Notes: generated by a model not told the origin, from the letters alone. Shown: positions 24,675 to 34,650, numbered from the stretch's first letter. The stretch is 34,739 nt of DNA from Bacilli bacterium (GCA_900763245.1 CAAFJQ010000049.1:1-34739); one strand, 5' to 3'. Made by a program: numbers and translations.

Positions 24675-26540
24675 TTACTTATTGTCGTCTTTCTTTTCTT
24701 CGAAAGTAGCATCTACGACATGCGGATCGTTTCCGTTATCAGCAGAAGCGTTTCCGCCAGCATTGTTAGTGGATGCATTGGCCTGTGCCTGAGCCTGGGC
24801 CTGATACATCTGGTTAGCAGCCTGCTGGAGTTCAGCAATTCTGGCTCTGACAGCATCAAGATCGTTCTTATCCAAGTCAGCCTTGATGTCATCGCGGATC
24901 TTCTTGGCCTGAGCCTTAGTGTTCTCATCAATCGGATGCTGAGGATCATTCATAGAACGATCGATCTGGTCGATAAGAGACTGCGCTTCGTTTCTGGTAT
25001 CGGCATCACGTTTTCTCTTATCATCTTCAGCTTTGTGAGCTTCTGCTTCATGGACCATCTTATCGATTTCATCTTTGGAAAGTCCAGAAGAGTTGGAAAT
25101 AGTGATATGCTGTTCGGCATTCGTATCAAGGTCCTTAGCGGAGACAGAAACAATACCATTGACATCGATAGAGAATGTGACCTGAATTCTCGGTTCGCCA
25201 CGACGTGCAGGACGGATGCCTTCAAGCTTGAACTGGCCTAAGAACTTATTATCTGTGGCCATCGGTCTTTCGCCCTGGAAGACCTGAATTTCAACACCAG
25301 GCTGGTTATCTTCAGCAGTGGAGAAGACCTGACTCTTAGTGGTAGGAATTGTGGTATTTCTAGGAATCATGACGCTCATGACACCGCCTAAAACTTCAAT
25401 ACCCAAGGAAAGCGGAGTGACATCGAGAAGGACAACATCCTTGACATCGCCACGGATGACGCCGCCCTGAATAGCAGCACCGACAGAGACAGCTTCATCA
25501 GGGTTGACAGACTGATTCGGCTTTCTGCCATTGCATAATCTTGTGACAAGATCGACAACTGCGGGCATTCTTGTAGAACCACCGACCATGATGACATCGC
25601 TGATATCATTGATGGAGAGGTTGGCATCGGCAAGAGCCTTCTCGAAAGGAGTACGGCAACGATCGATAAGATCAGCAGTGAGATCCTGGAATTTAGCTCT
25701 GGTCAAAGTAGTTTCGAAGTTGACAGGTGCACCATCCTTGAAGCCGATATAAGGCAAGGAGATGATGGTCTGAGTCTGAGAAGAAAGGTTGATCTTTGCT
25801 TTTTCAGCTTCATCACGAAGTCTCTGGAGAGTAGGTCTGTCTTTGACATTGTCTCTGGAGAGATAGATGCCGCACTGTGTTCCGATTTCAGAGATCAGCC
25901 AATCGATGACATGGTTATCCCAATCATCGCCGCCGAGGGCTGTATCACCGGAAGTGGAGAGAACTTCGAAGGTTCCGTCACCGATATCAAGAATTGAGAC
26001 ATCGAGTGTACCACCGCCCAAATCGAAGACAAGAATCTTGCCGGACTTCTTGCTGTCCATACCATATGCCAAAGCGGCAGCGGTAGGTTCAGAAATGACA
26101 CGGACAACATCCAAACCGGCAATTGTACCAGCGTTCTTCGTTGCCTGTCTCTGATCATCGTTGAAGTATGCAGGGCAGGTGATGACAGCCTTCTTGACAG
26201 GGAAGCCAAGATACTTTTCAGCATAACCCTTCATATAGGAAAGAATCTTTGCAGAGATCTCTTCCGGTGTGAAGTCCTTATTGAGACATGCGATGTGAGT
26301 CATGGTTCTTGTACCCATGTGTCTCTTGATGGAGTGAACGGTGTCAGGGTTTGTCAAAAGCATACGCTTTGCAGCATTGCCGACGATCTCTTCGCCATCA
26401 GCCTTGAAAGAGACGACAGACGGACAGGTGTTTGTACCTTCCGGAGAAGGAATGACCTTAACAGTCTGGTCATCCTGCATGTAAGAAACAACAGAGTTTG
26501 TAGTACCTAAATCGATACCTAAGATTACTTCTTTAGCCAT
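24675..26540 (-). CDS. dnaK: Molecular chaperone DnaK (Hsp70)
   Basis: 621-aa ORF with [19 protein letters not shown], the full ATPase and substrate-binding domains, and a Q/A/N-rich C-terminal tail. Confidence 0.98.
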   Translation of the reverse strand: MAKEVILGIDLGTTNSVVSYMQDDQTVKVIPSPEGTNTCPSVVSFKADGEEIVGNAAKRMLLTNPDTVHSIKRHMGTRTMTHIACLNKDFTPEEISAKILSYMKGYAEKYLGFPVKKAVITCPAYFNDDQRQATKNAGTIAGLDVVRVISEPTAAALAYGMDSKKSGKILVFDLGGGTLDVSILDIGDGTFEVLSTSGDTALGGDDWDNHVIDWLISEIGTQCGIYLSRDNVKDRPTLQRLRDEAEKAKINLSSQTQTIISLPYIGFKDGAPVNFETTLTRAKFQDLTADLIDRCRTPFEKALADANLSINDISDVIMVGGSTRMPAVVDLVTRLCNGRKPNQSVNPDEAVSVGAAIQGGVIRGDVKDVVLLDVTPLSLGIEVLGGVMSVMIPRNTTIPTTKSQVFSTAEDNQPGVEIQVFQGERPMATDNKFLGQFKLEGIRPARRGEPRIQVTFSIDVNGIVSVSAKDLDTNAEQHITISNSSGLSKDEIDKMVHEAEAHKAEDDKRKRDADTRNEAQSLIDQIDRSMNDPQHPIDENTKAQAKKIRDDIKADLDKNDLDAVRARIAELQQAANQMYQAQAQAQANASTNNAGGNASADNGNDPHVVDATFEEKKDDNK

Positions 26541-26563
26541 AAATAATATCCTCCTATATGTGG

Positions 26564-27199
26564 TTATTTATTTTCTGATTCTTTCGAATCTTCTTTTTTC
26601 GTATCTTCTTTCTTCTCGCTTGCCTTCATCGTAACGATGACTCCGGCAGGGCGAAGAAGATGTTCGTATAAAGCATAACCCTTACAATAGACTTCGGCGA
26701 TTCTGTTATCTTGCTCTCCATCGACTGTGGAGAAAGCCTGCATCTTATGAGGATCATACTCCGAACCGATTTCCGGTGCGATGACAGTGACACCCAACTG
26801 TGTAAGAGTGTTAAGCATCTTGGAATGAATCATTTCGAATCCTTGGACATATTGTTTGACCATCGGATCCTTGGGTTCGCTCTTCAATGCGTAATCGAAG
26901 CTGTCCAATGTCGGAATCAGTTCTTCAATGAATGATTTGCTTGCATATCGCTTTGCATCATCGCATTCTTTCTGAACCTGTTTACGAAGGTTAGCCATAT
27001 CGGCATAGGCTTCATAATACTTGTTCTTCCAATCATCTTTTTCATGATCGGCTTTTTCGTATTCTTTCTGGAACTCAAGAACCTTCTTTTTCAGTTCTTC
27101 GTTCTCTTTTTTCAGAAGGTCAGCTTCGGAAGGATTCTTTTCTTCTTTTTCTTTCTTTTTTTCTTCTTCGACCTTCACTTCTTTTTTCTCTTCACTCAT
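26564..27199 (-). CDS. grpE: Nucleotide exchange factor GrpE
   Basis: 211-aa ORF with a K/E-rich N-terminus, a coiled coil ([19 protein letters not shown]), and a C-terminal beta domain ([10 protein letters not shown]...[16 protein letters not shown]). Its start overlaps the hrcA stop (ATGA). Confidence 0.95.
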   Translation of the reverse strand: MSEEKKEVKVEEEKKKEKEEKNPSEADLLKKENEELKKKVLEFQKEYEKADHEKDDWKNKYYEAYADMANLRKQVQKECDDAKRYASKSFIEELIPTLDSFDYALKSEPKDPMVKQYVQGFEMIHSKMLNTLTQLGVTVIAPEIGSEYDPHKMQAFSTVDGEQDNRIAEVYCKGYALYEHLLRPAGVIVTMKASEKKEDTKKEDSKESENK

Positions 27200-28323
27200 T
27201 TCTTCACTCCTTTCTTTGTCGTCGATTTTGTGGTTTTCTTAGGAATAACATCTTTCTTTTCATCATCGATCGCTGAGACAGGAACCAATGATGTGCTGTT
27301 TGAAGAAGAAGAGAAATAGTATTTATCCAGCATGTAGACAACATATTCCAAGGCTGAAAGAATTCTCTTGTAATCCATTCGTTTCGGCCCGACAACAGCA
27401 ATCTGATCTTTTCCGTTCACCGCCTTGGAGATGATTGCAAAGTCACCTTTGTTCTCATTGGTGAACCCAACATTGCAGAAGCCTAAGTTATCATTCTCAG
27501 ATAAGTTCTTCTCAAGCTTTGATGGATCTTCCAGCGTCTCGACTGCGGATAAGAAGGAATTGATATCGTTGCTGAATTCCGGCATGTTGAGAAGATTCTT
27601 CTGTCCATAGACCTGATAACGTTTCTTCGTGAAGGAGAGAAGCGTCTCCATAAAGGCCTGTATGACCAAGTCACCTTCTTTGCCGAACAGGGATATGGCA
27701 ATCGGTTTTAATAATCTTGCCTTATCCTCGAGTTCCGATATCGGTGTACCGCTAAGGCGGTCATTCAATAACGAAACAGCATTCTTCAACGTCTCATAAG
27801 CACCTGGATTCTTGTCATCGATGACAAACGTCTTCTTTTCGACATAACCGGAGTCTGTAATGAAGATTCCCATGGCTGAATTGTTGGAGAGCTTAAGCAA
27901 CTGAACAGAAACAAGTTTCTCATCGTTGGCTCTTGGCCCTAGAACAACCGTCGCCATCTTTGTCATCTCGGATAAGATCTCGCAAGACTGGGAAAGAACA
28001 TCTTCCACACTCTTGCTCTTGTTATTCAGGATGCGCTGGAATTCTCTTTGAAACTCCATATCGATTGTCGTCATCATAGAAGAATTATCAAGTTTTTCCA
28101 GATAATACTGGTAACCTTTGGAAGAGGGGACACGACCGGAAGAAACATGTGTCTTTTCGAGATACCCCTCTTTTTCCAGTGCTGCCATCGCATTGCGAAT
28201 GGTAGCAGAAGAACATTTGAGTTGATATTTCTTCAGCAGTGTTTCAGATCCGACCGGCTGAGCGGTTCGGATGAATTCTTCAACGATAGCTTTTAAGATT
28301 TCTTCTTTTCTTTCGAGCTTCAT
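27196..28323 (-). CDS. hrcA: Heat-inducible transcription repressor HrcA (with a ~30-aa Ser-rich/basic C-terminal tail)
   Basis: 375-aa ORF with an N-terminal winged helix (RKEEILKAIVEEFIRTAQPVGSETLLKKYQLKCSSATIRNAMAALEKEGYLEKTHVSSGRVPS). It is the first gene of hrcA-grpE-dnaK-dnaJ, and CIRCE elements lie upstream. Confidence 0.95.
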   Translation of the reverse strand: MKLERKEEILKAIVEEFIRTAQPVGSETLLKKYQLKCSSATIRNAMAALEKEGYLEKTHVSSGRVPSSKGYQYYLEKLDNSSMMTTIDMEFQREFQRILNNKSKSVEDVLSQSCEILSEMTKMATVVLGPRANDEKLVSVQLLKLSNNSAMGIFITDSGYVEKKTFVIDDKNPGAYETLKNAVSLLNDRLSGTPISELEDKARLLKPIAISLFGKEGDLVIQAFMETLLSFTKKRYQVYGQKNLLNMPEFSNDINSFLSAVETLEDPSKLEKNLSENDNLGFCNVGFTNENKGDFAIISKAVNGKDQIAVVGPKRMDYKRILSALEYVVYMLDKYYFSSSSNSTSLVPVSAIDDEKKDVIPKKTTKSTTKKGVKK

Positions 28324-28338
28324 CTAAGCCACCCTCCT

Positions 28339-28364
28339 TTAGCACTCTCTTCTTCAAGTGCCAT
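28339..28364 (-). promoter_or_regulatory. Degenerate CIRCE-like inverted repeat at the 5' end of the hrcA mRNA
   Basis: The hrcA strand reads ATGGCACTT-N8-GAGTGCTAA, immediately followed by SD AGGAGG. The right arm is perfect. The left arm matches 6 of 9 positions, and the spacer is 8 nt rather than 9. Confidence 0.5.
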
Positions 28365-28368
28365 TGAT

Positions 28369-28396
28369 ATTATAGATGACTTTTTAGCAATTTCAA
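28369..28396 (-). promoter_or_regulatory. Sigma-A promoter of the hrcA operon
   Basis: The - strand reads TTGAAA (28391-28396)-N16-TATAAT (28369-28374). The -35 lies inside the upstream CIRCE. Confidence 0.65.
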
Positions 28397-28410
28397 GCAT
28401 TGAGTGCTAA
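28384..28410 (-). promoter_or_regulatory. CIRCE operator (HrcA binding site)
   Basis: The hrcA strand reads TTAGCACTC-AATGCTTGA-AATTGCTAA, against the consensus TTAGCACTC-N9-GAGTGCTAA. The left arm is perfect and the right arm matches 7 of 9. Confidence 0.8.
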
Positions 28411-28460
28411 ATTTTATGATTTTTCTCTTTTTCGTCCGCCCATATATATAAATAAGGATG

Positions 28461-28485
28461 AAAAAAGGACAGATTTCTCTGCCCC
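28461..28485 (-). terminator. Rho-independent terminator after trmB
   Basis: The - strand reads GGGCAGA-GAAA-TCTGTCC with one G:U pair, followed by TTTTTT. Confidence 0.75.
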
Positions 28486-28494
28486 ATTTCAATC

Positions 28495-29127
28495 TTATTT
28501 CTTCTTCGGATGAGCGATAAGAAGATGAATATCGACGCCTTTTTCTCTGAACTTGGTTTCATATTCCGTCTTCGGAAGATAATCAACCTTTTCGGAATAG
28601 AAGGGCTCGATCACTTCAAAATCAAACAGATCGACCTCTTTGAAATACTCGACCGTATCCGCAAAGAGATCTGCATTATCGGTTCTGAAGTAAAGTGTTC
28701 CATCCTCTTTCAATAAGCGGATATATTCTTTCAGCATCGTCGGATAACTGAGACGGCGATGTTTTTGTTTCTTCTTCGGCCAGGGATCAGGGAAGTTGAT
28801 ATAGATATTCTCCAGCTGGTGATCTTCGACAAGGGGGAAGATTCTTTCAATCGGCGCATTCAGAAGAAGGAAGTTCTTCTTCTTGTCTTTGACTTCCGCT
28901 CCTTTTTTCACAGCGAGAGCAAAAGCGTTGCGATTGATTTCAACGCCGAGGTATCTGTTTTCAGGATGAAGCGCAGAAAGAGCAAGAATAAATCCTCCGC
29001 ATCCCGATCCTATTTCAAGATTCGGAAATTCTTTGACCTCTTCAGGAACGAAATCAGATAAGTTTCTGCTGATATCCTTATTTTCATTCAGGACTTCATC
29101 AGCCCATTTTCTGTGACGCAGTCTCAT
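28495..29127 (-). CDS. trmB: tRNA (guanine46-N7)-methyltransferase
   Basis: 210-aa ORF with the SAM motif LEIGSGCGGF and the family signature INFPDPWPKKKQKHRRL. Confidence 0.93.
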   Translation of the reverse strand: MRLRHRKWADEVLNENKDISRNLSDFVPEEVKEFPNLEIGSGCGGFILALSALHPENRYLGVEINRNAFALAVKKGAEVKDKKKNFLLLNAPIERIFPLVEDHQLENIYINFPDPWPKKKQKHRRLSYPTMLKEYIRLLKEDGTLYFRTDNADLFADTVEYFKEVDLFDFEVIEPFYSEKVDYLPKTEYETKFREKGVDIHLLIAHPKKK

Positions 29128-29128
29128 A

Positions 29129-30550
29129 TCAGAAAGGTTTCTTTCCTGCTCTCAGATATTCGCTGATATCAAAGATAGCATGTGCATAGATCTGCATGTT
29201 GTCATAGAAGTCAGAAAGCGGGAAGAACTCATCATGTCCGTGCATACGATAATCTCTTCCGACAAACTGAGCACCATAAGCGACAGAATTTCTGCTTTCT
29301 CTGGCATAGGTGCCGCCACCGATAGCAAGAGGAGCAGAGACAACATCGCCTGTCTCTTTCTGATAGGCGTTCAATAAGATGCGGATGAAATCAGAATCCT
29401 TGTCTGTGACAAAGCCATCGCTTCCGCCGAGCTTTGTGAGCTTCGCACCTGTTTTCTTTTCAATGAAGGAAAGAACATCATCGCTGGAAAGAGGAGCGGG
29501 GAAACGAAGGTTGACAAAGAGAGAAAGCTTGTTGCCGGCAAAAGAGATTCTTCCAATGTTATAGGATGTCTCGGAGAAATCTTTGTCTTTGAAGTTTCCG
29601 CCGAATGCTTCTCCCATACCGTCCTTATAGTTCTCGTAGATAGTAAGAAGTGTCTTTTCCTGATAAAGCTCACCTAAGAAGTGAAGCATATGAAGACCGG
29701 CATTGACACCGTTCCAAGGCATGGAACCATGGTAAGGCTTTCCTAAGAAAAGAAGTTTCCCGTTTTCAAAGCTGGCCTTGACTTCCTGATGCTTCTCCAA
29801 ATAAATGGCAAGAGCTTCTTTGACTTTGTTCTCATCGTCATCGATTTCACACGCAGCTTCGGCAAGAACGATGTTCAAAGCGGCTCCTAATTTGAAATCT
29901 TTGACATGAGGCAAAGAGATGTCATAATCCGCTTCATAAGCATAAATGGACTTTTCAGCATAGATAAGAGGATATTCAGCATCAGGAGAAATACCTAATG
30001 TCGGATATTCTTTCTTCATGGTGTGGAAATAATGTTCCAGGCAGAGTGAATCGTTCTCTTCATTGCCGCCAAAGAGGAAACGAAGCTTATAGCCGCCTAA
30101 GAGATGATTGTCCATCAATGCTTTTACGGCATAAAGACAGGCGATGGCCGGTCCTTTGTCATCGCTGGATCCTCTTCCGTACATCGTGTTGCCATCAACA
30201 AGTGTCAGTTCGAAAGGATCATGTGTCCATTTTTCTTTTTCGACAGGAACGACATCGCAGTGTCCGTAGATATCGAAGATCTTATCGCCTTCGCCATAAG
30301 TGAGCTCTGTTACATAGTTGTCGCAGCGGTTCACTTTAAATCCAAGTTTCTCGCCAAGGCGAGCAACATAGGCCAAAGATTCCTCAACGCCTTTTCCAAA
30401 AGGCATCTGTTCAGTCTTTGTTTCAGGATCAAGAACAGAAGGGATGCTGACTATTTCCTTCCATGTCTTCAAAGCTTCCTCTTTATAGGGAGCAACCATC
30501 TTCTTGAAATCCGTATTGTTCATTTTGATCGGTTCAGCATTTTCTTTCAT
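29129..30550 (-). CDS. pepV: M20-family dipeptidase (PepV/Sapep-like)
   Basis: 473-aa ORF with GHCDVVPV, YGRGSSDDKGP, GGNEENDS and a C-terminal GGGTYAR. SD AAGGAG. It ends 1 nt before the trmB start. Confidence 0.85.
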   Translation of the reverse strand: MKENAEPIKMNNTDFKKMVAPYKEEALKTWKEIVSIPSVLDPETKTEQMPFGKGVEESLAYVARLGEKLGFKVNRCDNYVTELTYGEGDKIFDIYGHCDVVPVEKEKWTHDPFELTLVDGNTMYGRGSSDDKGPAIACLYAVKALMDNHLLGGYKLRFLFGGNEENDSLCLEHYFHTMKKEYPTLGISPDAEYPLIYAEKSIYAYEADYDISLPHVKDFKLGAALNIVLAEAACEIDDDENKVKEALAIYLEKHQEVKASFENGKLLFLGKPYHGSMPWNGVNAGLHMLHFLGELYQEKTLLTIYENYKDGMGEAFGGNFKDKDFSETSYNIGRISFAGNKLSLFVNLRFPAPLSSDDVLSFIEKKTGAKLTKLGGSDGFVTDKDSDFIRILLNAYQKETGDVVSAPLAIGGGTYARESRNSVAYGAQFVGRDYRMHGHDEFFPLSDFYDNMQIYAHAIFDISEYLRAGKKPF

Positions 30551-30554
30551 TTTC

Positions 30555-31358
30555 TTATTCTCCTTTCAGAAAAGCAATATCATGTCCGCTGATTTTCACT
30601 AATCCTTTCAGCGTATGATAGACATCATAGATAAAATCATCCTTCATCCAAGCCTTCAACGTATCCTTGATCAGGTAGCTGTTTCCGCCTGTCAGTATGA
30701 CTTTGGCGTCTTTATTGTCATATTCTGTTTTGATGGCTTTTACCATTCCGGATATCAAAGAAGAGACACCATTGATTACACCAGAGGAGATACACTCTTC
30801 TGTTTTCAAGGAAACCAAAGGCGGATCAATAATAATCGGTGAATCCTTCAACAGATCTGTTTTTGCATGAAGAATCTCCGAGAAGGAAGAAAGGCCTGGG
30901 AAAATCTGACAGCCTTTGAAGCAGGAATCCTTATCGAGATAAAGAATCTTGCTGGCTGTTCCTAAATCGATGACGATCATTCCGGTTTTATTTTCTTCTG
31001 CAACGATATCACAGAAGAGATCGCTTCCCAAGATATCGATATTATCGACCTTGATTTTATGAGAAGAGGCATATTCTTTCATCGTTTCCCGATCGATGAA
31101 GCCGATTCTGCAATGGGGGAATTTATCAGCAAGAGCTTCTTTCAGACTTTGCAATCCTGATGAGTTCACCGAAGAGACATAAACCTCTTCAAGTATATCC
31201 ATCTTTCCGATATAGTCGAAGATATCGTCTTTGCTACGCGTCCGCACTTTTTCAACAGAAAAACTATTGTCGTTTACCAAGAGAAAATCAATAGTCGAGT
31301 TGCCGATATCCGCATAAAGAACAATATTGTTCTTTTCATTTGATTGATTGATACACAT
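30555..31358 (-). CDS. coaX: Type III pantothenate kinase
   Basis: 267-aa ORF with the ASKHA-fold motifs LYADIGNSTIDF, IVIDLGTASK and LTGGNS. Confidence 0.85.
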   Translation of the reverse strand: MCINQSNEKNNIVLYADIGNSTIDFLLVNDNSFSVEKVRTRSKDDIFDYIGKMDILEEVYVSSVNSSGLQSLKEALADKFPHCRIGFIDRETMKEYASSHKIKVDNIDILGSDLFCDIVAEENKTGMIVIDLGTASKILYLDKDSCFKGCQIFPGLSSFSEILHAKTDLLKDSPIIIDPPLVSLKTEECISSGVINGVSSLISGMVKAIKTEYDNKDAKVILTGGNSYLIKDTLKAWMKDDFIYDVYHTLKGLVKISGHDIAFLKGE

Positions 31359-31367
31359 AACTTCATC

Positions 31368-31376
31368 ATTATACCA
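31368..31376 (-). promoter_or_regulatory. Extended -10 promoter (TGGTATAAT) 9 nt upstream of the coaX ATG, candidate leaderless or near-leaderless promoter
   Basis: The - strand reads ACATGGTATAATGATGAAGTTATG, with no SD in the 9-nt gap. Confidence 0.5.
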
Positions 31377-31416
31377 TGTTCATAATTCAGACTGGCACAA
31401 TTTGATGGCCGCTTAT

Positions 31417-33435
31417 TCAAAAAGAAAGCGTGATGCTCCCTTCTATATCCGTCCTTCGATATGGGATATTCAATGCAGATAATACGGATAATGTCTCCTT
31501 ATGCGGATGACCATATTTGTTATTCTCTCCACAGGAGATAATCGCCAAAGAAGGAGATAGTGATTTCAAAAAAGAATAATCCGAGGAAGTATTCGAACCA
31601 TGATGCCCGACTTTGATAACATCGGCATGAAGCGATGGATTGTCTTTGATGATTTTCTTTTCAACAATCTTCGGTGCATCACCCATGATAAGAAAAGAAA
31701 CATCAGATACAGTAAAAGCATAAACGCCGGAAAAATAGTTATCATCTTCTGTTTTCGGAAAAGAATAAAAATTGTAATTTTTCACTGTCAGTTCTTTGAT
31801 ATCGATTGTGTTGTCTTTAGCCTCAAGGAAATCATCTCTTGTATAGACAGCGTTCACTGGAAAGCTGTTCTTCAAAGAGATCAATGCACCATTATGATCA
31901 TAGTCCGGATGCGTAATGATGACGGCATCAAGAGAGCTGATTTTCCTTTTATGAAAATAAGGAATGAGACATTCTTTTGCCAAATCGACATTCATCTTCC
32001 CACCCGTGTCGATCAATACATTTGTCCTTCCTTTTCTCACTAATGTGGCATCTCCCTGGTCCACATCGATGAAAGTGACTTCATTGTGTTTCAGAAAATC
32101 AGGTATGAAAACAAAGGAGACACTGATGGAAAAGACAAGCGCGATATATCGAGTATATCTTTTGAAATGATAGAATCTTAAAAACTCAACTATTGCATAT
32201 AGAATATAATAAATCAAAATAAAAAAGACAGAAACCTTTCCACTTACAAGAAGAAAATTGACATTCATGACAACATCTGCAAGTCTGATGATAAACCGAC
32301 AAAACAGATTGATCAGATAAGCTGTCTGAGGAGCGATAAGCAAAAGAAGAGATAACAGAAACAATAAGTGGCTATATGGAATCAGCAAAAAAGAAAAGAG
32401 AATCGAAAGCGGTGAAATATATCCATCAATAAATAGGTGATACGGAAGATAAAAAGACTGCATCCGAAAGAAAAAGGAAAATGGATTTCTGCTTTTCTTC
32501 TCTTTTCTCATCGGAAAGAGAGCAAAAAGAAAAAGAAGCGGAAAAGCATAATAAAAAGATGCACTGAAAAAAGAATAAGGTTCAAAGAACAATAGAATCA
32601 ATGCTGTTATTGAGACACGGGAGAGATAGTCGATCTTTCTTTTTCCATAATCCGAAATGAGTTTCAATATCGCTAATAGCAACAAGCGTCTCATCGTATA
32701 TGAAAAAGACGAAAAGAAAAGAAATAAAAACAAAAGAACAGTTTCAAGAATATCTCCTATTTTTTCTCTTTTCTTTCCTAATAATTTTTTCAGAACGTGA
32801 ATAACAAAGGACAGATGAAATCCAGATAGTGAAAACAGATTCAGAATTCCTAAGCCATTCAGTGAAGCAAGGCTCTTTTCCGAATACAGGCTTTCTTGAA
32901 AAAGAAAAGCTTCAATAAAAGGAGATGAATTCTCATCAGCATAAGATAAGAGATACTTTCTTATTGAATTCAAATTTCGAATACCAGAAAAAGATAATGC
33001 GATCTCTTTCACTTTCAGTTGTGAAAAGACACCTTGGCTTTTCAGATAATTCTGGAAAGAAAAGCCAGATTCATAATGAGAAAAAGAAAGAGATTCTGCT
33101 TCTCCTTTTACTTCAAGCACCGAAAACAGAGAGTAGGGATTGTTCTTTTCCGAAACATAGAACTTTCCCTTCAGAGTCAGTAACAGAAAGTAATTCTCTT
33201 TGCTTTTCACGACAATGCCGTAAGCATCAATCGCTCCATTTTCCTTTTTGGGATACAGAAGGATGAGAAAGAAAAACAAAAGGGAAAAGAAAAGATATAG
33301 AATGATGTCTTTTTTCTGTTTCTTATAAAGAAGCAGATAAAGAAGAAGAGGAACAAGAGACAGAAAAAAGAAATAAGAGACGGAGGCCGATAGCAAGCCA
33401 AGCAGCGCAAAGAGAAAGCAGAAGAAAAGAATCAT
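31417..33435 (-). CDS. comEC: DNA internalisation competence protein ComEC/Rec2
   Basis: 672-aa ORF with a polytopic competence domain. The C-terminal MBL domain has FIDVDQGDATLV, ITHPDYDHNGAL and KVGHHGSNTSS. Its start overlaps the comEA stop (ATGA). Confidence 0.9.
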   Translation of the reverse strand: MILFFCFLFALLGLLSASVSYFFFLSLVPLLLYLLLYKKQKKDIILYLFFSLLFFFLILLYPKKENGAIDAYGIVVKSKENYFLLLTLKGKFYVSEKNNPYSLFSVLEVKGEAESLSFSHYESGFSFQNYLKSQGVFSQLKVKEIALSFSGIRNLNSIRKYLLSYADENSSPFIEAFLFQESLYSEKSLASLNGLGILNLFSLSGFHLSFVIHVLKKLLGKKREKIGDILETVLLFLFLFFSSFSYTMRRLLLLAILKLISDYGKRKIDYLSRVSITALILLFFEPYSFFSASFYYAFPLLFLFALFPMRKEKKSRNPFSFFFRMQSFYLPYHLFIDGYISPLSILFSFLLIPYSHLLFLLSLLLLIAPQTAYLINLFCRFIIRLADVVMNVNFLLVSGKVSVFFILIYYILYAIVEFLRFYHFKRYTRYIALVFSISVSFVFIPDFLKHNEVTFIDVDQGDATLVRKGRTNVLIDTGGKMNVDLAKECLIPYFHKRKISSLDAVIITHPDYDHNGALISLKNSFPVNAVYTRDDFLEAKDNTIDIKELTVKNYNFYSFPKTEDDNYFSGVYAFTVSDVSFLIMGDAPKIVEKKIIKDNPSLHADVIKVGHHGSNTSSDYSFLKSLSPSLAIISCGENNKYGHPHKETLSVLSALNIPYRRTDIEGSITLSF

Positions 33436-33974
33436 GCAATCGAAATCTTGTTCTTTACCTTTTCAAAAGTCGCCTGACCGACTCCTTTCACTTTCATCAC
33501 GTCCTCGATAGCCTGATAATCGCCGTTTGCCAAACGATAATCTATCACATTAGGAGCCTGAGTCGAATTGAACCCGACTTCTAAAAGTTCGCTTTCCGAT
33601 GCGGTGTTGATGTTCACTTTGCTCAGTGTCGTATCGACACAAAGACCGCTTCCTGTCGAAATCGGAGCAATATAGAAAGCAGTTCTAGTCGAAATGATCA
33701 AAGATGCGTTATAGGCTGTCTCATCGGCATTTGTCGTAACTCCGCCTGCCATTGTGATCAAGTCACCCAAAGTCAAAGAAGAAGAAATCGAATACTCCCC
33801 TGGATGATTGATTTCTCCGCTGATTGTTACTTTGACGTTATTGGCATCCTCTACAAGAGTCGTTTTATCACCGTTGGAAGAACTGATGTTCCCTCCTCCG
33901 ACTTTGTGAACAGCAGACAACATAAAAAGACCTACTACTGTGACGACTATGCCAATGATAATTGTCTTCATCAT
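33432..33974 (-). CDS. comEA: Competence protein ComEA (membrane-anchored SLBB plus helix-hairpin-helix DNA receptor)
   Basis: 180-aa ORF with an N-terminal TM, an SLBB-like segment (VTISGEINHPGEYSISSSLTLGDLITMAGG), and a C-terminal HhH (VNINTASESELLEV...VKGVGQATFEKV). SD AAGGGGGA. Confidence 0.9.
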   Translation of the reverse strand: MMKTIIIGIVVTVVGLFMLSAVHKVGGGNISSSNGDKTTLVEDANNVKVTISGEINHPGEYSISSSLTLGDLITMAGGVTTNADETAYNASLIISTRTAFYIAPISTGSGLCVDTTLSKVNINTASESELLEVGFNSTQAPNVIDYRLANGDYQAIEDVMKVKGVGQATFEKVKNKISIA

Positions 33975-34060
33975 AATCGTTTTCCCCCTTCACTTAGATA
34001 TACAAGCGAAAGGAGAAAAAAACACAAAGTAGGTCTTAAATATTTTTTTAATACGATATA

Positions 34061-34534
34061 TTAGTTATCAATCTTAACGATCTCGACAGAGTAGGTGATC
34101 TTAGCATGGACTTCGACAATATCGCCGACTCTATGTCCGCTGATAGCCATTGCAATAGGAGAGTTGCTGTTGAGCAATCCCTTCAACGGATCTGTACCGA
34201 TGGTGCCTTTGATCTGAACAACAAATTCTTCACCGGTATCAACACGTCTAAGAGTGATCTTTCCGCCACCGATGCCGACAACATTCTTGTCGAGCTTGGA
34301 CTCATCGATGATTTCGGCGTGGTCCAATGTATAACGGATCTCAGCAATCTTGTTCTTGTTTTCTTCGAAACGTTCCTTAGCAGCATCATAATCAGCGTTT
34401 TCGCTTAAGTCGCCTAAAGCACGAGCGGCTTCCAATGCGGCATCGATCTGAGGTCTTTCAACATGTTCGAGCTGATATAATTCGTCTTCAAGCTGTTTCT
34501 TGACAGCAAGAGTCATTTTCTGTGTTTGTTCCAT
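34061..34534 (-). CDS. greA: Transcription elongation factor GreA
   Basis: 157-aa ORF with the coiled-coil N-domain signature ARALGDLSENADYDAAKE and a C-terminal FKBP-like domain (NSNSPIAMAISGHRVGDIVEV). SD AAGGAGA. Confidence 0.95.
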   Translation of the reverse strand: MEQTQKMTLAVKKQLEDELYQLEHVERPQIDAALEAARALGDLSENADYDAAKERFEENKNKIAEIRYTLDHAEIIDESKLDKNVVGIGGGKITLRRVDTGEEFVVQIKGTIGTDPLKGLLNSNSPIAMAISGHRVGDIVEVHAKITYSVEIVKIDN

Positions 34535-34549
34535 AATAAAAGTCTCCTT

Positions 34550-34650
34550 GGATGAAAATCTACAAGATTATACCATAAAACATAACAATCAAACTGAATT
34601 ATTCAATAGTTTTTCATATATGAAAAGAAGTTCTTTTAAGATTTTCATCC
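34550..34650. repeat. 12-bp inverted repeat bracketing the greA promoter, enclosing a perfect 16-bp palindrome
   Basis: GGATGAAAATCT at 34550-34561 has its exact reverse complement, AGATTTTCATCC, at 34639-34650. Between them lies TTTTCATATATGAAAA (34611-34626, a perfect palindrome), and next to it AAAAGAA-G-TTCTTTT (34622-34636). Confidence 0.7.
34567..34575 (-). promoter_or_regulatory. Extended -10 promoter (TGGTATAAT) of greA
   Basis: The - strand reads TTTATGGTATAATCTTGTAGATTTTCATCCAAGGAGACTTTTATTATG. This one has a normal leader and SD. Confidence 0.6.

Noticed and set aside
23914-25241. ORFs of 235 aa and 207 aa on the + strand opposite dnaJ and dnaK
   Set aside because: They are antisense to two of the best-conserved genes in the window. 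Their translations are compositionally odd (Cys/Ser/Arg/Ile-rich), and no start signals are present. They are shadow ORFs.
27044-27200. Long pyrimidine-rich, tandem-looking tracts (TTCTTTTTCTTTCTTTTTTTCTTCTTC) that resemble a simple-sequence repeat
   Set aside because: They are the reverse complement of the K/E-rich N-terminal coding region of GrpE and the basic tail of HrcA. This is low-complexity coding sequence, not a repeat element.
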